Positions 12,901 to 24,900 of a DNA stretch of 64,000 nucleotides are shown here, piece by piece. Source of the stretch: Leucoraja ocellata (lineage: Eukaryota). Below the pieces are notes generated by a model. The model was not told the origin of the DNA, did no database searches, and was given only the letters and a program-made list of their open reading frames with translations. Each line of letters opens with the position of its first letter. The first letter of the stretch is position 1. The translations under genes and the position numbers were made by a program. The stretch is taken from positions 7,502,001 through 7,566,000 of the forward strand of contig JAWMAR010000023.1 in NCBI GenBank assembly GCA_036785375.1, in the 5' to 3' direction.

Positions 12901-15900
12901 TGTGTCTGGCATTATGTTTGCCCTGCTTTAGCAAGGAAGATATAATAAATTGGTATTTTGTTCCCGATTATTCTCGTGAAGTTATTTGTAAACGGTTTTC
13001 TTCCATCTACTTTCAAGGATGTTCAGTTAGAGTATTTAGTTAGCTTTACACGTGGTCAAAATAATATTGATAAATGTGGAGCACATCTCAGAACATTTGG
13101 AAGAGGATGCATTGACTTGCTTTTCCTGTTTCAGCGGAGAAGAGCCCAAACCCAAGTCTCCTATCTTTGTGCGGCTCATTTGCACAGCTGGCTTGCGTTG
13201 AACACAGCCGCTTACAAGCCTGGCTGACAAGAATGACCCAAGCACCCCCAAAAGACTCTGACCAACTCGAGGTGGTGCAAGAAAACAGACAACTTTTGCA
13301 GCTTCTGACTGCGTGCATCGTTCGAGAAAACAGGTACTTTGTAGCAGAGCCCTAGTGAATGATTCAACAGTAAAGGTTGTGTTAAAGTTACTTCTCATTA
13401 TGCAGAAAAGGTGTAATAAGAATATGGCTGAAAACAATGAGTGCAGACACTCACTGAAAATGTGACTGATGATCTAGTTACAGTAAATGAGAAGGATTCA
13501 TGTTGCAGCAATCAAACCGATATCATGAGAATCAATGGAAGAAGGGTCTCAACCCGAAATGTCATGCATTACTTCTCTCCAGAGATGCTGCCTGTCCCGC
13601 TGAGTTACTCCAGCATTTTGTGTCCACCTTCATTGGAATCTAACATTTGTTAAGAATGCAGTGGCTGGTTTGCTGCAGGTGGTCACGTAAGAGATTTACT
13701 TTGGAAATTGACAAGGCATATCTCATATTGACATGTAAAATATTCTGCTAAACAGTGTAACATCCATTGATACTTTCAGGTAATTGAAAATAGCCAATAG
13801 ATGTGGGATAACCTGATTCTGTACCACACAGGAAGACAATCAATAAATGTTCATGTTAATTGACCCTCATTGACATTGTTCATTTCGGACGTGTAATAAT
13901 CGATTTACAGTTATTTCTTAGAAACGGAAACCCTTGCAAAAGCTCAAGATTGCCTGTTGTTATATGCTTGAGGTATTATCAGGTGGTTAACTTGATGCTA
14001 ATTTGTTGCCATCCACTCTTCAGCCAGGTTGGAGAAGGTGTTTGCACGGTGTTACTCAACACACTTATTCCCATGGCGACAGAGATGTTGTCCAACGGCG
14101 ATGGAACGGGATTCCCAGAGCTGATGGTTGTTATGGCAACACTGGCCAGCGCTGGGCAGGGAGGAGGACACTTGCAGCTTCACCGTGCAGCGGTGGACTG
14201 GTTAGGGAAGTGGTGAGTACCACCGGATCATTCAATGGGTTATTGCAGTTAATGAGTCAGCAAAAGGAGATTAGGGTTCAATGACAAGTCCACACGAAAG
14301 GATGTTGGCTCGAACTTTAATTAAAGAATTTTGGAAAAATGTTGGATAGTTAACAATTGGGTTAACATCTAGAAGTAATTGGACAATATTTATAGTAGTT
14401 TGTCACATTCCATTTCTCTCATAAAATGGCATTCTTTCTTTTTCAGTAAGAAATATCTCTCCCAAAAGAATGTTCTCGAAAAGTGGGAGCAAACGTAACA
14501 CAGGGGAAGGTAAGGTTGTTTGTGGGAATAAGTGTGGAGTTTGTGTATCTAAAATAATCCCAATATTTGCAGAGATTTTGTTTTGAAATCCTGTCTCTTC
14601 TTCTGGAATTTCCCCTGAGTAATGATACGTACAATACAATACAATACAATTTATTTGTCATTTGAACCCCATTGGGGTTCAAACAAAATGTTGTTTCTGC
14701 AGTGATACACACAAAAAAGAACCAAGACGCAACACAATTTACACAAACATCCATCACAGCGCATCTCCTCCTCGCTGTGATGGAAGGCAAAGACTTATCT
14801 CTCCCCTGCACTTCCCATTCCCCTCCCGATGTCAGAGTCAAAGTCAAAGCCCCCGGTGGGCGATGGTAAATGTCCCGCGGCCATTTAGCCGCGCTGGGTG
14901 ATGCAAGGCCACGCTCCGGGTCTTGGTGTTGGAGCCCCCGGCGGGCGTAGCAAAGTCCCGCAGCCATTCCAAGCCGCACGGGGCGGTGATGTAAGGCCCC
15001 GCACCAGGTAATCTTCAACCCCTCAAATCGGGCGGGTGAAGTCGCCGTTGGGGAAGCCCCGAAAAGCGGTTTCCCAGCAGGGACCCGCGGGCTCCTGGTG
15101 TTCCTGTCTGCCAGACCTGCGGTGAGCCTCCGAATCTCCGGGGTCAGGACGCAGCAGCGCGCCACCACCGCTCCTCCGCTCCGAACTCGGCCAGCTCTAT
15201 GATGGCGAGTAGGTCCGCAGGCTCCGCGACTGGAGCCCCAGGTCGTTCCTGCCGGAGGCCACTCCACGGTGCTAGGCCCCAACGACGACGGAGACCCGAC
15301 AGTGAAAAGGTTGGGTTCTTCGTGCAGGGGATAGATTTTTAAAGTTTCCCCCACCCCCCGCCCCCCACACACATACACAAAAAAATTAAAATAAAAACTA
15401 CTTTCAAACGAGACAAAAAATAATAAAAATACAGACGGACTGCAGAGGCCCTGCGACGTGAGTCACGTGGGGTGTTGTAGCGTTTGCTTGTATTCGGATG
15501 GTTTGACAATTCCTTTTGATGCTGGGTTTAACCTTTGCCGTGCAGCATGTCGGCATGCTTGACTGTGCCTGCCATATCATGACTTACCTCGCCGATGTCA
15601 TGAATGCCATGAGACAGGGCAGTGGGCAGGGATCAACACACGTACTGGTGGACGGTGAAGAAAGGGCAATTGAGGTTGATTCTGATTGGGTTGAAGACTT
15701 GGCTGTGGAAGAAGAGGACTCACAAGCAGAGGACTCGGTGAGTAGTTTGGCTAACTTGCTGGTGAATTGTAAAGTATGAAATAATATTGTCATGTCAACT
15801 GACAATGTTTTATCACAAAAGCAATCACTGGAATATTCTTTGTTCAAGGATGAAGATTCCTTGTGTAACAAGCTGTGCACATTCACAATAACACAGAAGG

Positions 15901-18900
15901 AATTCATGAACCAGCATTGGTGAGTACATTGGCCTTGTATTATCTTAGATCTTCTTCTTATCGAGTCCACACACAAGATTAGAAGTTGTTCAGCCAGAAC
16001 TGAACGCACTTCTCGGCATCTGCATACAATGGTTCTTGCGCTTCTTGTGCGTGGTGGTGGAAAGATTGGGGAAAACAGGGCCGCGACGTGAAAGCTCTTT
16101 CCTTGACCCCATTATCTTAGATGATTGTTGCATTGTATTTTAGTGTGCAGAATATTCATAGATTAGATTCATGGCACAACACAGAAACAGGCCCTATAGC
16201 CAAATGCATCCTAATTGACCAAGATGTCTATCAACACTAAGCCCAAGGGCTGAGATTGTCCTCTGTCCCTACCATCTATCTATGTTCCTGTCCAAAGTCT
16301 TTTCAATGTTGCAATTGTACGTACCTCTGCCATCTCTTCTGGCAGCCTGTTTAAAAGTTGATGAAAAGTTGTTTCTGTCACTATGGTACAAGAAGTAATT
16401 CAAGTAGGAACGGAAACTAAACTTATGAACGCACAATGTACAAATTATTTAAATTGTAGACTTGCATTGAAACATTAAAACTGCTGTAAAAGTCCATCCT
16501 TGTATGAGGAAGATAAAAATAGGCACAATCTAACTTCTTGTTTCAGGTATCACTGCCACACTTGTAAAATGGTGGAAGGAGTAGGTGTTTGTACCATTTG
16601 TGCAAAGGTCTGTCACAAAGATCATGAGATTTCTTATGCCAAGTATGGATCGTTCTTCTGTGATTGTGGAGCAAAGGAAGATGGGAGTTGTCAGGTATGT
16701 GGTAAATAAAGTTTATATTGAAGGGTAGTAGGAAACTAAGTTGGTGTAATACAGATACAAGGTACTGCAAATGCTGGTTTACAATAGATAAGACCCAAAG
16801 TGCTGGAGCTAGTCAGCGGGTCAGGCAGTATCTCTGGAGAACACTGTTGGGCGACGTTTCGGGTCAGCTCTGAAGAAAGGTCCTGGCCCGAAACATTGCC
16901 TCTCTATGTTCCCCAGAGATGCTGCCTGATATGTTGAGTTACTCCAGCACTTTGTGTTTTTTTTGTATTACAGAGCTTGCTATTAGTATTTCTGGTGGAT
17001 AAATGTGATAGAGAATTTAAAGAGCTTTTCCTGGGCAGTTCCTCACTAATGTCTTTAAAACTAATGTTATTTCCACAAACTGATCTGTGGGCTCAGAACT
17101 TCACTTTTGTTCGAAAGATTGAATGCCTTAGGTCCTTTGAAGGTTAAGGCTCACGAATAAACTATGCACATTTATCTGACAACAACTTGAAAGGGAATTC
17201 AAGATCTATAGTTGACTCAGTCTCTGTATTGGGAAACTAACCAGGAGGCACAAAGCTGGATTATATTTGAGAACATGTGGGGATTGAAGATAATGAAGGG
17301 GACTGGTTATCATATTACTGAGGCTTGCACCGTAAAAAGGTCGCTCACAGTTGAGGGGTTGTTTGTTAATATTCCCCAGTCACCGTCCTTATTGATTTTT
17401 CTCAACCGATTTTAATTTAGATTGGGTTCTTCGAGACATTTCTCAATACCATTTGCAACTTGCTTTCACATCATGTCATCGTTTCTGAATCTGGAGAATC
17501 ATATGCAGGGTTCTGTTGAAGTGAAGGAGCTTTATCAGTCATGTCATCGTTCTGCCATAAGGTGGTGGCCTGTCTAAATACTCTTCAGACTGACTGATAC
17601 GATCTAGTTGTTAAAGAAGGAACTGCAGATGCTGGAAAACCGAAGGTACACAAAAATGCTGGAGAAACTCAGCGGGTGCAGCAGCATCTATGGAGCGAAG
17701 GAGATCTCCTTTGCTCCATAGATGCTGCTGCACCCGCTGAGTTTCTCCAGCATTTTTGTGTATGGTACGATCTAGTTCTCTGGTGAATTACTTCTGAGAA
17801 TACAATTAATTTTCTCCAGGAATGTCTCCAGTCTTTCTTCCAGGGGACTGGTTATCATATTACTGGGGATTGCACCAGAAAAAGGTCGCTCACAGTTGAG
17901 GGGTTGTTTGTTAAAATTCCCAAAGAGCATAATTGGAAACTTTTACATTGTTTTCAATACACTTGGGGTGCAGTGAGCTTTTGGGCTAAGTACAACTTTA
18001 AAACACCTTGCATCTTGAACACCTGTGATATTTATATAGCACAACTCGCAACTAAGCAATATACAAAGTTATGGAGTAGTTCGGCGGTCAGGAGAATCTC
18101 TGGAGGAAATGGAGAGGTGACGTTTCGGGTCAGTACCCTTCTTCAGATAGATAGGTGACATTTCAGGCTGGGACCCTTCTTCAGACTGATTTGTAGGGTA
18201 GTTCTCTGGTGATGTCTGGGGGGTAGAAAGCTGGAAAAGAGGTGTTGGCAGGACAAGGTTTGGCAAGGGGTGAGGAGGATTTAATTGGTGGATGGGTGGA
18301 GTAAGTAACAAAGGGCAGAGATGGAAAGGAGACAAAAGGGTTTCAGGCAAGGAGAGAATAAATACCAATATAGATTGGTAACAAGTTATACAAGTTCTGT
18401 CTGAAAAGGGGCCCTGCCCAGAAATATCGCCTATCCATGTCCTGCAAAAATGCTGTCTGACCCGCTGAATTACTCCAGCACTTTGTATTTTTTTGTGCGC
18501 CAACCAACATCTGCAGTTCCTTGTGTTTACAAGAACACAGATAAGATTGAATAGTGAGAGCCACTTGTTGGTTGCGGGGGGGGGGGGGGGGGGGGATGTT
18601 AGGCAGGCAATTTGAAGATAACATTTAAATTATTTTTGTGGGTCTAAGGGCAGATGTTTAATATAATTTCCACAGGCTTTGGTAAAGCGGAGTCCAAGCA
18701 GTGGAATCAGCTCCTCCATGAAGGAATCATCTGCCTTCCAGAACGAACCACGTGTCCCAGAGAGTGCCCTGCGACATCAGAGCTCGTCTCCGGCAGATAA
18801 ATGCAAGATAATGAGTGCAGATGGCAAGACCTGCGAGGATGACAAGCCAAAGAAGAGCACCTTGTGCAAACAGATCCAGGGCTGCAGGGAGGAGCTGCAG

Positions 18901-21900
18901 ACCCAGGTGGTGAGTACTGATGAGTGAACTCAAAATGTTCAAATCTCATTCATGCAGCATAATTTATTGGTCAAGCGGTGGCAATTGATGGTGGCCGTCT
19001 GGCTTTTATAGGCCATTCTTGGAGTTATAGAGTCATCCAGCACGAAAACATGCCCTTTGGCCCAACTCATCTATGCCGACCAAAATGCCCCATCTAACCT
19101 AGTCCTATTTACTTGTGTTTAGTCCATATCGCTCTAAACGTTTCCTATCCACATATGTATCCAAATGGCCTTTGAAAGTTGTTATTGTACTTGCTTCTCC
19201 TACTTCCTCTGGCTGTTTGTTCCAAACATCCACAACCCTCTGTCCATATTCTTGTTCTATGCTTAGTGCAATTCTGAGGAATTTCAAAAATAAGGGTAAA
19301 AGTTTCAGAAGAACTCAGGGGCTTGTATAATAAAGGTAAAATCCTGAATGTCTTGCTCATCTGTGCTGTGGAGGAGTGGGTGGGAGGAGTGGTGGCTGTT
19401 GAATGGGGGTAGTTCTATGATCAGCGCAGTTTCCTTTCCAGTGCTTACAAATGAAAACTCTTGGAAACTGCATGTCATCACGAAGCTTGGAAGGATCAGG
19501 GCCACTTGTTAAATAGTTCCATAGTATTCAGCTTACAAAACGAAAGCCTATTTATATTGAAAGATGCCTGCTGGCCAAGAAGTTTGTTTAACGTGGAGAA
19601 AAGAGAGAGATGATTGAGTTCATCTCCTTTGCTTTCTCCACGGTCTTAATGACTTTTCAACTACCTTTGGAATGTTTCTGATAAATCCACTTCCACCATC
19701 ATAGAAGTGATTTACTGTAATCAAACCCTTCATGATTTTGAACACATCTTTTAATTCACCTTTCTCCAACAAATTCATCTTCTCTACTTTTGCCAAAAGT
19801 CAGTTGAAATCACATACTTTTCTGGACATCCCATCAATCTATCCAGTGTGTTGCATTTTTCTAAAGTGTTTCAACAATTGCTCACATTATTGCAGCTGAG
19901 GACTAGCCTTTGCTTTCCAAAGTTTAGGATTTGTTTAAATAAATTTTACTTTCATAAAGCGATACAGCACAGAAATGGGCCCTTCAGCCCATCCACTCCA
20001 TGCCAACCATCACTGTAGATTGGGCAGGGTAGGAAAAATTGTTTAACAGAACAAAGTTGAATGCAAAGGAGGCACAACATGCTGGAATAACTCAACAGGT
20101 CAGGCAGCACCCCTTGAGAATATGGGTAGGTGATGTTTCTATCCGAATGTTTAATGCTACTAAGTTGTACTCCCAGCACATTGACATGCACAGGATGTTG
20201 CAATGCCTCTCCCATCAGGCGTGATCAATTGCAGTAACAAATATGGTGTTGATAGCAACGAGGACTCGCCTCAACAGGTCAAATCTACTGTTTAAATTGA
20301 AATTTGTGAATCTCTTTGTTGTTTACAAATGCTCAAATTCCCTTAGGTTTTATCAAAGATTAAATATGACATTAAAGATTAAATTATTAACACAAATTCA
20401 AAATTAACTTAAAAAAACACTTAAAACGAAATTGTGTATGCTAACTTAATTTAAAACGAACACCAAGCTTTATTGGCTGCATGGAAATCTGCAGAGGGTT
20501 GTGTTGCCTGGGACTGCTGAGGTCTTGTGGCCAGTCGCATCTGAGCACATTTTTAAGGAGTTAAATTTGTTAGATATTTGATCTTCGAGATAGTGGGGAG
20601 CTTCAACCCAACAACTTAAAATTGGGCTGAAAACCAGACTGCGAATATTTTGTCACTAAGCTGTTACAGTCGCAAGCACCACATGTCATCCCAAATTACT
20701 AACCATTGTTTCCCTTTCATTTCACTTAGGCTGGCTGCTCCACTGCTGGGTTGGTCCTTGACATGCTTATCTTCCTAATGGATGCAATACAAACAAACTT
20801 TCAACAAGCCTCAGCGGTTGGCAGCAGCAGCAGGGCCCAACAGGCGTTAGATGATCTGCACACAATGGAGAAGAATATGGAAATGACTGACCAGCTGATG
20901 GTACGCCCTGGAACTGGAAATGGAGTGTTGAGGGTTAGAAAGTGTTTGGTACAGTAATTGAGTATGCTGAATAATGTAAAGCTGTGCGTTATGTAAGCTG
21001 TGTTGTCCCTCTGTAACCTGCAGTGAAATATAACCCTTGTATCATCCAAATTCAAGCCACATGATGCAGTGTCACAATGCTCATCTTGAACCATTTAGTT
21101 TTCATAGCAGGTCCTTATATGTCACCATGCACACAATAAAGTGAAATACATGAGGATGATATTTTTATAATAGAACCAGCAGAAAATAATATAGTGCAAA
21201 ATACTGATTCATGAAGTAAATGTCTTGTGAAATTGAAGCACGAACCATACTTTGCATCATAGATACACCACTCAGTTCCTGTCACCATATTTTTTTGTGC
21301 CTCTTATCTCCAAAAATAACAAAACACTGACTATTGAAGGAATAACTTGTATGGATGTCCAAGTACATATGAAATATTGCAAAGCAGGATGTGGTGAAGT
21401 AATTGCTTCTGTCATTCAGAATTTTTGCAATGTTTATTTTTTAATCAACTGGGGTGGGATAATTTTTTGAATTTTGTTAATTTAGTGTCTTAAGCTATAT
21501 TTGCTTCAGTAAGTTGCCGCTTTTTCTTTTTTATTTTGCTGTTTTTTACTGGAATTATTCATTTTGGGTCTTGGGTGTTTTGATGTTCCTGACAATATTC
21601 TGGTCTTACAGGTTCCAACACTGGGCTCTCAGGAAGGGGCCTTTGAGAACGTACGGATGAACTACAGTGGCGATCAGGGACAAACGATCCGTCAGCTGAT
21701 CAGTGCGCACGTGCTGCGCCGTGTTGCTATGTGCGTCCTTTCCTCTCCTCATGGACGCCGACAGCACCTCGCAGTCAGCCATGAGAAAGGAAAGGTACGT
21801 TTCATTGTCATCTTCAGTATTAATGCCATTTGGAACAGAGTTTATAATAATTTATTTAACGTCAGCAAAGACTCTTGGTGCACACCACTGTCTACCATCT

Positions 21901-24900
21901 TTTAGTCCAGAAAAACTGGATTTTTTGGCAGCAGAATCTTTTTAGAAAAAAACCAGATACAATATAATCAAGTATTCCAGCCATCCCTGTGTCTATACAT
22001 CGGTTATTTCTTTGTTCTCTAGTTGACCACTCTTCTCTTTTTGTTTGTAGATTGCATGTCAGTGTTGCACCTTCTCATAGCCTCTCCTTTATTTCACTTG
22101 AACTTATTTATTTTCGATCTGGTTTACGCTGAGACCAATGCGATAAACACCGTACTATTATTTCTGTGTAACTTTTCGTCTTTTGTAAGCTTCACATGAA
22201 ATGTACTATCTTGCACTGAGTACCAGACAAACGTTCCAAGCTTAAAGCTAGCAAAACCAGTATGCATACTGGAGACATAAAGTGACACCATCGAATTCCA
22301 CACTTGCAAAGTTCCCAATCTTTGTCACTCATTGAAGCTGCATTCTGATATCTTACTGATACAACATTGTTGCCAGTTGATTGGAGACAGTTCGTTTAGG
22401 TTTATTATTATCGAGGCATAGTGACATTTTTTTTTGCATGCAATCCATTCAAATCAGGTAATATTACACATAAATACAATCAAGCCAAACTCAAGTGTAA
22501 TAGGTGGAGCAAATGGGAAGATACAGAGTGCAGAATGTAGTTCTCGGCATTGTAGCACAACAGTTCCAGAGGCAAAGTGCAATGCCTGCAATGGTGTAGA
22601 GGAGGTTTGGCCAGTACCTTAGCTTATGGATGAACCATCCAGAAGCCTGAAAGCAGAGGGGAAGAAGCTATTCCTGAGTTTGATGGCGAGTATGGTTGCT
22701 GGGGAATAGATTAGAATTACCCAAAACTGTAAGTCAAGCTCACTTTAGAAGAATTCTGATTTTTCATAGTGGTGTCAAAAATGCATTTGCAAAATAGAAC
22801 TTCAGATGAAACTTGGCCACACATGCCTTTCCCCCTGTTGCAGATCACGGTGCTCCAGCTATCAGCTTTACTCAAGCAGGCTGACTCAAGTAAACGGAAA
22901 CTGACACTAACTCGACTTGCTTCAGCTCCAGTACCTTTCACTGTTCTGAGCCTGACTGGAAACCCATGTAATGAAGATTACCTCGCAGTGTGTGGACTGA
23001 AGGTAAGTGATACCTGGAACCTTTGGTAAAACCACGTTACTTAATAAATATGTTTAGAAAACATAGTGTCCTTTATCTGATTTTGGCTAAAAAATTGTGT
23101 GAAATCATTGGTTTCATAAGAAGAGGCATAAAAATACAAAAGCAAGAAAGTCCTATTAAATCTTTATAAACTCCGTATTAGACTTCAGCTGGAATATCAG
23201 GAGGCATTCAGAATTATCATAGCATGATATTATTTAGAGCACTTGGCTGTTGCCACTGACTGAAAAGTAGAAGTTTCTCAGTAGTGACGTCCAGAGGGAA
23301 AAGGGTGAAAACTTGTCAAGGAGAAGGTTGCATTGATGGGAATGAATGAGTGTGTGACTAATTGGGTAACCCTGTGAGTAAGCAACACCTTCTCTGCTGC
23401 GTGATATTGTATCATTTTTATTTTAATGCAGATCCGAATGTTAGTCTTAATCTACGTTAATCATGGAGCAATAAATCAACCTTTATCTGTTTTGCTCTTC
23501 AGGATTGTCATGTTCTCACATTCAGCAGTTCAGGATCAGTCTCTGATCACCTTGTTCTACATCCGCAACTCGCCACTGGCAACTTCATCATTAAAGCTGT
23601 CTGGTTGCCAGGGTCACAAACAGAACTTGCGATTATAACAGCAGATTTTGTCAAGGTAAGAATAGAATAGCAAGTCATGTTGTTTAGTTGCTCTACGTTG
23701 CTCTTCCACTGCCACAAAATGGGGATATGTCTTTGGTTGCCAAAGTTTATTTATCCCAATCAGATAGACATTGCTCTGTTAATAGCTGGAAAATAAAAAT
23801 GATTTTGTGCTACCCATTGTGATTCAGGCAGCTGTGGGTCAGCTATATCAAGGAGTACATTCAAGGTGCTCCACATGTTTGCATCTCAAAGAAAATCCTA
23901 TAATAAAAATATATTATGCCCTACAACAGCCAACCTTGTAAGGAATTAATGCAATATTAATTTATATGTTGTAACAGTACTTGATAGTGCATTTGAATAT
24001 TGGTCCTGATTTGAAAAGTACTCAATGCTGTGTCCTTTAATATACAAGAGAAAGATTTATATTTGTTAACCATAATTATTTGCCAGCTTTGTACCCACTG
24101 GCCTCCCTCTACTGAGGTAGTACATAGAACAGTACAGCACAAGAACAGGACTTTCCCCCCGCAATGTCTGTGCCGATCATGATGACAAGACCATCTCTTA
24201 TCTGCCTACACATAATCCATGTGCCTCCATACCATGCATATCCATATGCCTATCAAAAAGTATCTTAAATGCCACTATCATATCTCCCTTAAACACCAGC
24301 CCAGGCAGAGTGTTCAAGGCATTTACCACCCTCTGTGTAAAAAAAAAAACTTGCCCTGCACATCTTCTTTAAACTTTGCCCCTCACCTTAAAGCTATGTC
24401 CTCCAGTATTTGACTTTTCCATCCTGGGAAAAAGGTTCTGACTATCCACCCTATCTACTCCTCTCATAATTGTATTTATTTCTGTCAAGTCTCCCTGCAA
24501 CTTCTAACGTTGCAGCGAAAACAATTCAAGTCTGTCTAACCTGTCCCTGTTGCTAATACTTCTAATCCACGCATAATTCTGGTAAATCTCCTCTGCACCC
24601 TTTGCAAAACGTCCCCATCCGACAAGAACAATGCGCAATACTCCAAATGTGGTCTTATAAGTGAGTAACCTTGATCAGTAAGTTAAGAATATCTGGTAGA
24701 TTCAGTTAGGATGTCTGTTCAAATAGAGCCAAAGTGGGATATCATGTGAAAACAGGCCCTTCAGCCCATTGTCCAAGCTGACCATAAAACACCCATTTAC
24801 AATAATCCCACGTTAATATTCTTGTGTTTCTCCTGAAAATGCATGCAGAAACCAACTTTTTAAAATTTCATTTCAAATTTGCTTTAAATTAAACCAGATG

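Noticed and set aside
14443-15378. 311-aa minus-strand ORF as a nested antisense gene
   Set aside because: It lies in a GC-rich repeat where stops are rare, runs through the repeat tail, and has no recognisable domain.
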